Assembly: GCA_045805165.1 (NCBI GenBank)
Contig: JBJMLT010000455.1
Span: 1 to 49,168, forward strand
DNA: 49,168 nucleotides
Reading direction: 5' to 3'
Source of the DNA: Flavisolibacter sp.
GTDB lineage: Bacteria > Bacteroidota > Bacteroidia > Chitinophagales > Chitinophagaceae
Made by a program: the position numbers and the translations under genes. Positions 40,312-49,168 of the stretch are shown here, piece after piece. Positions within the stretch are counted from its first letter, which is position 1. Each line of letters opens with the position of its first letter. The notes beneath the pieces were generated by a model that saw nothing but the letters and a program-made list of their open reading frames with translations, searched no databases and was not told where the DNA came from.

Positions 40312-41223
40312 ATGGAAACACAAATTCTATTAATTAGTAGCGTAGTAGCCCTCATCCTGTTCTTTCTCGGCATTAAAATCGTCAGGCCTACTCATCGCGG
40401 TCTGATTGAAAGGCTTGGTAGATATTACAAATTTGCTAACCCAGGATTCCACTGGGTAATTCCGTTCATAGATAAGATTTATGTAGTAAATATAACGGAG
40501 CAAATGGTTGATGCCCAACCCCAAGAGATCATTACAAACGACAACTTGAATGGTAGTGTGGATGCTCAGGTCTATTTCAGAGTTATCGAAACAGAGGCAA
40601 GTGTAAAGAGCTCCCAGTACAATGTGAACAATTACAAATTGCAGATTGTTAACCTTGCCCGTACCACACTTCGAAATATTATTGGAACACTAACATTGCG
40701 ATCTGCAAATAGTGAAAGAGGGAAAATAAATTCTGAACCCCACAACACCCTTAAAAATGAAACAGCAAGTTGGGGCATAGTGATCGTAAGAACTGAATTA
40801 AAAGAGATCGATCCTCCAAGGGATGTGCAGGAAACCATGAATAAGGTCGTCAAAGCGGAAAACGAAAAGATTGCCGCTATTGACTATGCTACAGCTGCTG
40901 AAACTGTGGCCGATGGAGTTAAGCGCGCAAAAATCAAAGAAGCTGAAGGTTCTAAACGGGCAAAGGTGCTTCATGCCGAGGGAGAAGCGGAAGGGATTAT
41001 GTTAGTGAATGAAGCAGCAGATAAGTACTTTACAGGAAATGCTCAATTATTAAAAAAATTAGAAACTGTAGAAGCATCTTTAAGCTCAAATGCTAAAATT
41101 GTTATCCCGGCAGGTACAGAATTGGTGAATATAATTGGAGAAATGGCAGGGGTTTTACCTATACATATAAAGAAGGGTGAAAACGGGAAAACTAAAGATT
41201 TACCTCATTATAAACCGGTATAA
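40312..41223 (+). CDS. SPFH/Band 7 domain membrane protein
   Basis: N-terminal TM segment, LIERLGRY, QEIITNDN and ARTTLRNIIG. Confidence 0.9.
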   Translation: METQILLISSVVALILFFLGIKIVRPTHRGLIERLGRYYKFANPGFHWVIPFIDKIYVVNITEQMVDAQPQEIITNDNLNGSVDAQVYFRVIETEASVKSSQYNVNNYKLQIVNLARTTLRNIIGTLTLRSANSERGKINSEPHNTLKNETASWGIVIVRTELKEIDPPRDVQETMNKVVKAENEKIAAIDYATAAETVADGVKRAKIKEAEGSKRAKVLHAEGEAEGIMLVNEAADKYFTGNAQLLKKLETVEASLSSNAKIVIPAGTELVNIIGEMAGVLPIHIKKGENGKTKDLPHYKPV

Positions 41224-41511
41224 AAACGGAAACCAGTGTCATTAAAATGGAAGCGAATCCTCAAATAGACTTGTAATAATTATATCCAATATTGAGTTAA
41301 ACGAAGAAACGAATTGTACACGGATCTGGTTACAGGAGATTGCTCTGCCCTATTATATTTTTAAAAAATGCAGAGGAGTAGATTACATTTTCTTCTTTTA
41401 GCCTATGCTTTTAACAAAAAACTGAGGACGCAAAAAAACTGGCTTGGCTGGGTTAGTAAAAATCAATTGCAAATAATGTATCAAATTTTATTTTAAAAAT
41501 AAAGCATCAAA

Positions 41512-42063
41512 ATGGAAAAGAATAGGCTTTCAAAAGACCTTCGGGTAGCTCTCAATGCTCAAATGACGAAAGAAGCCCATGCTTCTCAAATTTATCTTTC
41601 ATATGCAGGCTGGGCAGCGGATCAGGGATATGGAGGCATTTCCAATTTTCTGTTCCGACATGCGAATGAAGAACGAAACCATATGATGAAATTGTTGGAA
41701 TTTATTCTGGAAAGAGGCGCAAAAGTAAAAATAGAAGCTATACCTGCACCTTCCGAAGATCCATCAAATATCGAAAATTGCTTTGAGCAAATATTTAACC
41801 ATGAAGTTGATAATACCCGAGGTATATATAAAATCGTAAAAATTAGTTTTGAAGAAGAAGATTGGGCTACGTGGCATTTTATGCAATGGTTTGTGAAAGA
41901 ACAAACTGAAGAAGAAGCAATGGCGTTAAATCTTCTGAATAAAATAAAAATTGCCGGCGGCGCAAATGCAAGCGGAGAAGCAATATATGTTCTTGATAAA
42001 GATTTGCAAAATAAGTCTTATGATGAAGTGTTAGCGGAAGATAAAACGGCATTGAAACCCTGA
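41512..42063 (+). CDS. Ferritin
   Basis: LNAQMTKE..YLS..EERNHMMK..HE..FMQWFVKEQTEEE ferroxidase residues. Confidence 0.92.
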   Translation: MEKNRLSKDLRVALNAQMTKEAHASQIYLSYAGWAADQGYGGISNFLFRHANEERNHMMKLLEFILERGAKVKIEAIPAPSEDPSNIENCFEQIFNHEVDNTRGIYKIVKISFEEEDWATWHFMQWFVKEQTEEEAMALNLLNKIKIAGGANASGEAIYVLDKDLQNKSYDEVLAEDKTALKP

Positions 42064-42126
42064 ACTTTAATGTTCATTGTAAGTTTTTGACATTCAAACT
42101 TTAAAAAATTAACCTGTTACAACGTC

Positions 42127-42471
42127 ATGGAAGTTAAGCTCAAAAGAGTATACGAAAAACGAGCAAAGGAAGACGGCTTGCGTATTCTCGTAGACAGACT
42201 GTGGCCACGTGGCTTAACAAAAGAAAAAGCTGATATAGACTTATGGCTGAAGGATATTGCCCCCAGCACAGAACTTCGTAAATGGTTTCATCACGATCCG
42301 GAAAAATGGGAGGAATTCAAAAAACGGTATCGGTTTGAGCTTAAAGACAAGAAAGAAAAAATAAAACTTTTGAAAAAGGAACTAAAAGATGCAACTGTTA
42401 CATTGGTTTATGGCGCAAAAGATGAAGAACATAACGAAGCAATTGTTATCAAAGAGGTATTGAGATTCTAA
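42127..42471 (+). CDS. DUF488 (YeaO-like) protein
   Basis: [36 protein letters not shown]. Confidence 0.92.
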   Translation: MEVKLKRVYEKRAKEDGLRILVDRLWPRGLTKEKADIDLWLKDIAPSTELRKWFHHDPEKWEEFKKRYRFELKDKKEKIKLLKKELKDATVTLVYGAKDEEHNEAIVIKEVLRF

Positions 42472-42546
42472 CGATAAAAAACATCCTTTAAGATCTTCTA
42501 ATTAATATCAAACCGTTCTTATCCGGCAAAAAACGAAATATCTATC

Positions 42547-45324
42547 ATGTCGAACGATCTATACAAAATCAAAAAGTTATTAAGTACTAAAAATGGCACG
42601 TTCACATATTATAGCCTTGGGGAACTTCAGACACAAGGTTATGATATTGATAAGCTGCCTTTTTCTATTCGTATCTTATTAGAGAATGCATTGCGGAACT
42701 TTGATGATTTTGTAGTGACCATAGAAAATATTGAGACCCTTCTCAGATGGAAACCTTCAGGCTCAACCAAAGATATTCCATTCAAGCCTGCCCGGGTATT
42801 GATGCAGGATTTTACCGGCGTTCCTGCTGTGGTTGATATTGCTTCACTTCGGGCCGAAATGGCGCGAAAGGGAAAAAACCCGGATGAAATAAACCCATTG
42901 ATACCGGTTGATCTTATTATTGATCACTCTGTGCAGGTGGATTATTTCGGAACACAATATGCCTACGGTCGTAACATGGATGAAGAATATAAGCGGAATA
43001 AAGAACGCTATCAATTCCTTAAATGGGCGCAAAAATCATTCACTAATTTTAAAGTAGTCCCACCTGGGATGGGTATCTGCCACCAAGTTAATCTTGAATA
43101 CCTTTCGAAAGGGGTTATTGAACGCAACGGAGAGGTTTTCCCTGATACATTGGTTGGCACAGACAGCCATACCCCAATGGTAAATGGTATTGGCGTAGTG
43201 GGATGGGGTGTTGGAGGAATAGAGGCCGAAGCTGCCATTTTAGGACAGCCCATTTATTTTATTATGCCAGAAGTAATAGGACTGAAGTTAACTGGCAAGC
43301 TTCCATTGGGTTCTACGGCTACAGATTTGGTACTGACAATTGCAGAACTTTTAAGAAAGTACGGAGTGGTTGGAAAATTTGTGGAAGTATTTGGTCCGGG
43401 TCTTGGTCATCTTTCTGTACCCGACCGGGCAACTATTAGCAATATGTCCCCCGAATTTGGTTGCACCATTACCTATTTTCCTGTTGATGACATGACATTG
43501 GAATATATGCGTAAAAGCAATCGCTCTGAAGAACACGTCAAATTAGTGGAAGATTATTGCAAAACTAACATGTTATGGCGAACCGGAGCTGAGCGTATTG
43601 ATTATACCGATACTGTAACGCTGGATATTTCTGCAATTGAACCGACCATTGCCGGGCCAAAAAGACCACAGGATAAAATTCTTTTGAAAAATTTTAAAAA
43701 AACATTCATCGCACTTTTAGACCAGTCATTTGGCCGAAAATATAGTCAACCGGAAGAACAATTGACCCGTTGGTACGCTGAAGGTGGAAGTCAGCCTGTT
43801 CAGCCACCCTTGCCAATGCCTCCCGAAACAAAAATTGAGGAGAAACTAATCAACGGAATGAAAACGGTTTGGGTAAATGTTGGACATGAAAAATTTATGG
43901 TGGCAGACGGTGCAGTTGTTATAGCTGCTATCACTTCATGTACAAACACGTCAAATCCATTTGCTATGATTGGCGCTGGATTGGTAGCCAGGAAAGCCCG
44001 TGAACATGGTTTGGATATAAAACCTTGGGTAAAACCTTCGCTGGCTCCGGGCTCTAAGGTGGTTACAGATTATCTTGAAAAGGCAGACCTTCTTGATGAC
44101 CTCGAGGCCTTGCAATTTCACCTTGTTGGATATGGTTGTACTTCCTGCATTGGCAATTCAGGACCACTACCTCCTTATATTGCCAAGGCAATTGAAGAAC
44201 ATGACCTGGCGGTAGCTTCTGTGCTTTCCGGGAACCGCAATTTTGAAGCGCGAATTCATCCACAGGTAAAAATGAATTTCCTGATGTCGCCAATGCTTGT
44301 AGTTGCTTATGCTATTGCTGGCAGGGTTGATGTAGATCTGCTAAATGATCCGATCAGCTTCGATCCTAATCAGCAGCCTGTTTATTTAAAAGATATTTGG
44401 CCGACAGACAATGAAATTTATACGATAATGAATGACGTACTTTCTGCCGAATATTTTGGGAAGAATTATGGAGAAATATTTGAAGGGAATGATATATGGA
44501 AGAATCTTGCTTTTTCGGAAGGCAGGTTATATGAATGGAAAAAAACATCTACCTACATTAAAGAGGCGCCATTTTTTTACAATATCTCAGATAATGCTGC
44601 GCCATTGAAAGATATCCACCATGCACGGGCTTTATTGGTGTTGGGCGATAGTATTACAACAGATCATATTTCTCCTGCAGGGCAGTTTAATGAATTTTCT
44701 TCAGCTGGTGAATATTTAATTGACAAAGGCGTTAAAATAGAAAATTTTAATTCTTACGGTTCCAGGAGAGGGAATGATGACGTAATGGTTCGGGGCACTT
44801 TCGCCAATGTGAGAATTAAAAATAAGCTGATGCAGAAAGAGGGCGGCTATACCAAATATTTACCATCGGGTAAGGAAATGTCAGTTTATGATGCAGCCCT
44901 GAAATACAAACAAGCGCACATTCCTTTATTGGTATTAGCTGGCAAAGAATACGGAAGCGGCTCGTCTAGAGACTGGGCGGCGAAGGGTACATTCTTATTA
45001 GGTATCAAAGCAATATTGGCAGAAAGTTATGAACGCATACACAGAAGCAATTTGATAGGAATGGGTGTATTACCCCTTCAATATAATAAAGGAGATACAG
45101 CAGAAATCCTGGGGCTTACGGGTAATGAGCTTTTCACAATAACTGGCATTGCAGAAAATATAAAGCCCGTAAATCAGGTAAATATTATTGCAAAAAGGGA
45201 AGATGGATTTGAAATTAAGTTCCAGGCAGCTGCGCGGATAGATTCAAAAATTGAAATTGAATATTACAGGCATGGAGGAATCTTGCAATATGTGCTACGT
45301 CACTTTTTGGAAAAGCAAAATTAA
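42547..45324 (+). CDS. acnA: Aconitate hydratase A
   Basis: RVLMQDFTGVP, DHSVQVD, GTDSHT, AAITSCTNTSNP, GYGCTSCIGNSG and GSGSSRDWAAKG motifs. Confidence 0.97.
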   Translation: MSNDLYKIKKLLSTKNGTFTYYSLGELQTQGYDIDKLPFSIRILLENALRNFDDFVVTIENIETLLRWKPSGSTKDIPFKPARVLMQDFTGVPAVVDIASLRAEMARKGKNPDEINPLIPVDLIIDHSVQVDYFGTQYAYGRNMDEEYKRNKERYQFLKWAQKSFTNFKVVPPGMGICHQVNLEYLSKGVIERNGEVFPDTLVGTDSHTPMVNGIGVVGWGVGGIEAEAAILGQPIYFIMPEVIGLKLTGKLPLGSTATDLVLTIAELLRKYGVVGKFVEVFGPGLGHLSVPDRATISNMSPEFGCTITYFPVDDMTLEYMRKSNRSEEHVKLVEDYCKTNMLWRTGAERIDYTDTVTLDISAIEPTIAGPKRPQDKILLKNFKKTFIALLDQSFGRKYSQPEEQLTRWYAEGGSQPVQPPLPMPPETKIEEKLINGMKTVWVNVGHEKFMVADGAVVIAAITSCTNTSNPFAMIGAGLVARKAREHGLDIKPWVKPSLAPGSKVVTDYLEKADLLDDLEALQFHLVGYGCTSCIGNSGPLPPYIAKAIEEHDLAVASVLSGNRNFEARIHPQVKMNFLMSPMLVVAYAIAGRVDVDLLNDPISFDPNQQPVYLKDIWPTDNEIYTIMNDVLSAEYFGKNYGEIFEGNDIWKNLAFSEGRLYEWKKTSTYIKEAPFFYNISDNAAPLKDIHHARALLVLGDSITTDHISPAGQFNEFSSAGEYLIDKGVKIENFNSYGSRRGNDDVMVRGTFANVRIKNKLMQKEGGYTKYLPSGKEMSVYDAALKYKQAHIPLLVLAGKEYGSGSSRDWAAKGTFLLGIKAILAESYERIHRSNLIGMGVLPLQYNKGDTAEILGLTGNELFTITGIAENIKPVNQVNIIAKREDGFEIKFQAAARIDSKIEIEYYRHGGILQYVLRHFLEKQN

Positions 45325-45343
45325 TAATCCCTTAAATTATTAT

Positions 45344-45493
45344 ATGGAAAAGCAAAATTTATATCCTGCCGCAACAAAGGAACTGACTGATAAAAGATCT
45401 GCCTTAGCCCCGAAAACCTTCGAAGCATGGCGAAATTTTAACAAGCTTGTATTTGAATCTGGCGCCCTTCCGGAGAAAACAAAACGTGAGTGA
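45344..45493 (+). pseudogene. N-terminal fragment of a carboxymuconolactone decarboxylase/AhpD-like protein
   Basis: LAPKTFEAWRNFNKLVFESGALPEKTK ends just before the region where the CxxC-containing helix would be expected. Confidence 0.6.
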
Positions 45494-45704
45494 GAAATTT
45501 AAGATTGGTGATTATGTAACCTGGAATTCAGAAGCTGGCAATATTTCAGGTACGGTAGTGAAAATACACAAAAAAGATTTTCATTTCAAAGGCTATACTC
45601 ACCATGCCAGCAAAGAAGATCCACAATATGAAATAAGGAGTGATAAAACAGACCACATTGCTGTATATAAAGCCGGGGCACTTCAAAAAAAACGAAAAAA
45701 CTGA
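45486..45704 (+). CDS. DUF2945 / HVA1-like small protein
   Basis: GTG start; FKIGDYVTWNSEAG..ASKEDPQYEIRSDKT. Confidence 0.8.
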   Translation: MSEKFKIGDYVTWNSEAGNISGTVVKIHKKDFHFKGYTHHASKEDPQYEIRSDKTDHIAVYKAGALQKKRKN

Positions 45705-45719
45705 TTTAATAAACGGAAA

Positions 45720-46247
45720 ATGAAAACCATACTCATATTTGTTTCAACACTTGACGGGAAGGTAACAAAATGGGGTGAAAAACAAGTTAGTGCTTGGTCA
45801 TCGCATCAGGATCAGGATTATTATAGGGAAGTGTTGAGTGATTCACAGCTTATTGTTATGGGAATCAACACATTTAAGGCTGATACATTTAAAGCTTCAC
45901 CGAATCATCAGTTTATTATAATGACGCGGCATCGCGACAAGTACAAAAATTTGGAAATTCCGGGCCAGATGGAATTTACAAACGAATCGCCCAGGGAATT
46001 AACCACCCGTTTTATTGGCACTCCCTATAAGCAAATACTGGTAATTGGAGGGGCGCAAGTTGCTACATCCTTTTTAAAAGAGCAACTGATAGACGAACTA
46101 TGGCTAACCCTGGAGCCCAAGATATTTGGAACAGGGGGAAATTTTGTGACAGATGTCAATCTGGATATTGATTTACAATTGCTACAATGTGAGAAAGTAA
46201 ATGATCAGGGCACCTTGATTACTAAATATTCTGTATTGAAAAAATGA
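45720..46247 (+). CDS. RibD C-terminal / dihydrofolate reductase family protein
   Basis: STLDGK, IVMG..TF, VIGGAQV and LIDELWLTLEPKIFG motifs. Confidence 0.85.
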   Translation: MKTILIFVSTLDGKVTKWGEKQVSAWSSHQDQDYYREVLSDSQLIVMGINTFKADTFKASPNHQFIIMTRHRDKYKNLEIPGQMEFTNESPRELTTRFIGTPYKQILVIGGAQVATSFLKEQLIDELWLTLEPKIFGTGGNFVTDVNLDIDLQLLQCEKVNDQGTLITKYSVLKK

Positions 46248-46316
46248 AAAATATTGCAAACCATCAATATCCTTTAAGGTATTTGGAATGATTGTTCATA
46301 AAACCAACTATAGTTA

Positions 46317-48962
46317 ATGCCGCATAATATAACCAAAGAGCAGAAAAGACTGAAAGAAAATTATTCCCAGGTTAAGAACTGGTTGAAATGGGGGCCTTAC
46401 TTGGCAGAAAGGGAGTGGGCTACTGTCCGTGAAGACTATAGTGCAAATGGCGACGCATGGAATTATTGTACGCATGAAATTTCCCGGTCAAAAGCGTATC
46501 GATGGGGGGAAGATGGAATAGCCGGAATTTCTGACAACCTGCAGCGGCTATGTTTTGCAATTGCACTATGGAATGGCAAGGACGAAATTTTAAAGGAAAG
46601 ATTATTTGGTCTTACTCCCACCTGTGGCAACCATGGTGAAGATGTTAAAGAATTGTATTACCATCTTGATAATACACCTACGCATTCATACATGAAATAT
46701 TTGTACAAATATCCACAGGCAGCTTTTCCTTATACGGATCTCGAACAAACTAATAAAAGGCGTAACAAATATGATGGTGAATATGAGATTGCCGATACGG
46801 GGGTATTTGATGACAACCTATATTTCGATGTATACATTGAGTATGCAAAAAATGATGTAGAAGATATTTGCATAAAGGTCACCATCTGTAATCGTTCTGA
46901 GGATACTGCACCTATTACAGTATTGCCGACCGTGTGGATGCGTAACCTATGGTCTTACGATCCGGCCAGAAAGAGGCCGGTTATCGAATGGAGAGGTAAA
47001 AATGAATTTCACGATGAATTAAAAATAACCTATTCCCAAATAGATGAATATTCATTTTATTTTCAAAATGCAACAACTATTTTGTTTACAGAAAATGAGA
47101 CAAACACAGAACGTTTATATAACATTCCAAATGAAAGCCCTTTTGTAAAAGATGCTTTTCATAGCGCCGTTTTGAACAATCAGGTTAAGTTGTTTAACAG
47201 CAAAAAAAAAGGAACTAAATGTGCACCTGTTTTTTACTTTACCATAGAACCGGGAGGATCCGCCGTTATCAAAATGCGTTTAAGTAAACAACCGTTATTG
47301 AATCCTTTGAGCAGTGAATTTGATGAAGTGTTTGCCAAACGAATACAAGAAGCAGATGAATTTTACAGCGAACTTCTTAAATCAGAAAATGACGATTTTA
47401 AAAATATACAACGGCAGGCTTTTGCCGGAATGTTATGGAACAAGCAGTTTTATTATTTTGATATCCCCTCTTGGTTAAACGGGGACAAAGGCCAGCAAGT
47501 GCCTCCCCAACAGCGAAAATCAGGTCGCAATAGTGAGTGGCCGACATTAAATAATGAAGATATTATTTCGATGCCAGACAAATGGGAATACCCCTGGTAT
47601 GCTACATGGGATCTGGCTTTTCACTGTATTCCACTTGCCATGCTGGATCCGCAATTTGCAAAAGATCAACTAGTGCTTTTATTAAGGGAATGGTATATGA
47701 GCCCAAACGGTCAGTTACCCGCCTATGAATGGTCATTTAACGATGTAAATCCGCCTGTTCATGCATGGGCATGCATCCAGGTTTACAAAATTGACAAAGA
47801 ACGGACCGGCATTGCAGACACCCTGTTTTTAGAAAAGGTTTTTCAAAAGTTACTGATAAATTTCACCTGGTGGGTAAACCGAAAAGATAGGTTTAATAAT
47901 AATGTATTTGAAGGTGGTTTTCTAGGCCTTGATAATATCGGGCTATTTGATAGAAATAATGTACCCGGCGGAGGGATTCTGGAACAGGCCGATGGCACAG
48001 CATGGATGGGAATGTATTGCCTTAATATGCTGGAAATAGCGCTGGTGCTTGCACAATCCAATATAGCATATGAAGACCTCGCAACTAAATTTTTTGAACA
48101 TTTCACTTACATTGCGAGCTCTTTAAATCGAATTAGTGTTGATTTTCCCGGATCATGGGATGAAGAAGAAGGTTTTTTTTATGACATTTTGAAAATGCCA
48201 ACCGGAGAATTTATTCCACTCAAGGTTAGGTCGCTTGTTGGTCTGACAACATTGTTCTCGGTGTATGTTGTCGACAAAGAGTTGTTGGAAAAAGTTCCGG
48301 AATTTCACCGCCGTTTAAAATGGTTTGTGCGCTACCGGCAAAAAAATAACCAGTACCAGGTTATAGAGGACATTGACGAAAAGGCAGGCATCTTACTTTC
48401 TTTGGTGCCCTATTCCAGATTAAAAAAGATCTTACCGGCATTGCTTGATGAAAAGGAATTCCTATCACCTTTTGGCATACGGTCAGTTTCAAAAATCCAT
48501 CAAAATCCATACAAAATCATTATTGATGGAATAGAGTTTAATCTTACTTATGAACCGGGCGAATCGAATTCCAACTTATTTGGCGGTAACTCTAACTGGC
48601 GTGGACCTGTTTGGATGCCGATGAATTATCTGATAATAATAGCCTTGGAGAAGTACTACGACTATTTTCATAATGAACTGCTCGCTGAGTTGCCGAATCA
48701 TTCAGGAAACATGGTTAATCTTAAAACAATAGCAGATGAATTACGGAGGCGCTTGACGGGAATTTTTTTCATCAATTCAGAAGGAAACCGACCCCTGAAT
48801 GGCCAGAAAACTTTATTTAATCATGATAAGTTTTTTAAGGACCTGGTGCTGTTTTATGAATGTTTTCATGGTGATAACGGTAGAGGAATAGGTGCATCAC
48901 ATCAAACAGGTTGGACCGGCCTGATTGCAGAAATCATTGGGAAACTGGAGCGTAAAAATTGA
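46317..48962 (+). CDS. MGH1-like / GH63 glucosidase
   Basis: WGPYLAEREW, SMPDKWEYPWYATWDLAFH, GGFLGLDNI, NSNWRGPVW and GASHQTGWT motifs. Confidence 0.9.
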   Translation: MPHNITKEQKRLKENYSQVKNWLKWGPYLAEREWATVREDYSANGDAWNYCTHEISRSKAYRWGEDGIAGISDNLQRLCFAIALWNGKDEILKERLFGLTPTCGNHGEDVKELYYHLDNTPTHSYMKYLYKYPQAAFPYTDLEQTNKRRNKYDGEYEIADTGVFDDNLYFDVYIEYAKNDVEDICIKVTICNRSEDTAPITVLPTVWMRNLWSYDPARKRPVIEWRGKNEFHDELKITYSQIDEYSFYFQNATTILFTENETNTERLYNIPNESPFVKDAFHSAVLNNQVKLFNSKKKGTKCAPVFYFTIEPGGSAVIKMRLSKQPLLNPLSSEFDEVFAKRIQEADEFYSELLKSENDDFKNIQRQAFAGMLWNKQFYYFDIPSWLNGDKGQQVPPQQRKSGRNSEWPTLNNEDIISMPDKWEYPWYATWDLAFHCIPLAMLDPQFAKDQLVLLLREWYMSPNGQLPAYEWSFNDVNPPVHAWACIQVYKIDKERTGIADTLFLEKVFQKLLINFTWWVNRKDRFNNNVFEGGFLGLDNIGLFDRNNVPGGGILEQADGTAWMGMYCLNMLEIALVLAQSNIAYEDLATKFFEHFTYIASSLNRISVDFPGSWDEEEGFFYDILKMPTGEFIPLKVRSLVGLTTLFSVYVVDKELLEKVPEFHRRLKWFVRYRQKNNQYQVIEDIDEKAGILLSLVPYSRLKKILPALLDEKEFLSPFGIRSVSKIHQNPYKIIIDGIEFNLTYEPGESNSNLFGGNSNWRGPVWMPMNYLIIIALEKYYDYFHNELLAELPNHSGNMVNLKTIADELRRRLTGIFFINSEGNRPLNGQKTLFNHDKFFKDLVLFYECFHGDNGRGIGASHQTGWTGLIAEIIGKLERKN

Positions 48963-49065
48963 CACTGTTCTGCAGTTCGTCGGTTTATTGAAAACCCGTA
49001 GATCTTAATTAGTCTAATACCAATGATCTTCTTGAGGTTTTGAATACGAAGTGTGTTTTTATTGG

Positions 49066-49168
49066 TTAATTGGAATTGAAATAATTAAGAATGTCGTGAT
49101 TCCAAACGTAAAAACTTGTAATAAGGTCTATAAAATGCTGATGGGTTATAGGCTTTTCCAATAACTGA
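49066..49168 (+). repeat. Exact direct repeat of 12943-13045 (3' end of a second copy of the 341-aa gene), running off the window
   Basis: 103 nt identical on reading; identity starts at the gene's stop codon. Confidence 0.92.

Noticed and set aside
41329-41335. Additional GGTTACA/TGTAACC half-sites (also near 22732 and 45514)
   Set aside because: No CTCTA element at the 15-16 nt spacing.
37070-48106. Antisense and alternative-frame track ORFs inside gap, acnA, the glucosidase and other genes
   Set aside because: Shadow ORFs of well-supported genes, with no motifs.

Overview
AT-rich Bacteroidota DNA, probably Chitinophagaceae-like, judged from TAnnTTTG promoter boxes and gene content. It has three blocks. 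(1) 0.3-10 kb: an accessory block bracketed by two NarL/LuxR-type regulators. It holds a small CPxxPFC-ending protein with a membrane partner, a secreted protein/lipoprotein/phosphoesterase operon and an amidase operon, each preceded by a CTGTA-N4-TACAG palindrome. (2) 10.7-21.7 kb: a remnant of a conjugative/ICE leading region (ssb, DUF932, radC, two related long stem-loops) followed by defence-type cargo (HEPN, Fic, SIR2, decayed TIR-like gene). (3) 22.4-49 kb: an oxygen/NO/iron/general-stress island (orphan cox1, ECF sigma, Rrf2, ferredoxins, truncated globin, RIC, gap, tal, ferritin, acnA, GH63). The most striking unannotated signal is three dispersed copies of a 54-codon, apparently leaderless small ORF. 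Each starts exactly 5 nt after a TAnnTTTG box and ends inside a conserved CCCAAG/CTTGGG hairpin. Also found: a candidate Rrf2-controlled ~65-nt sRNA, a three-site ECF promoter motif, and an exact duplication of a gene end at the window edge. All product calls rest on motif recognition by eye; no searches were run.
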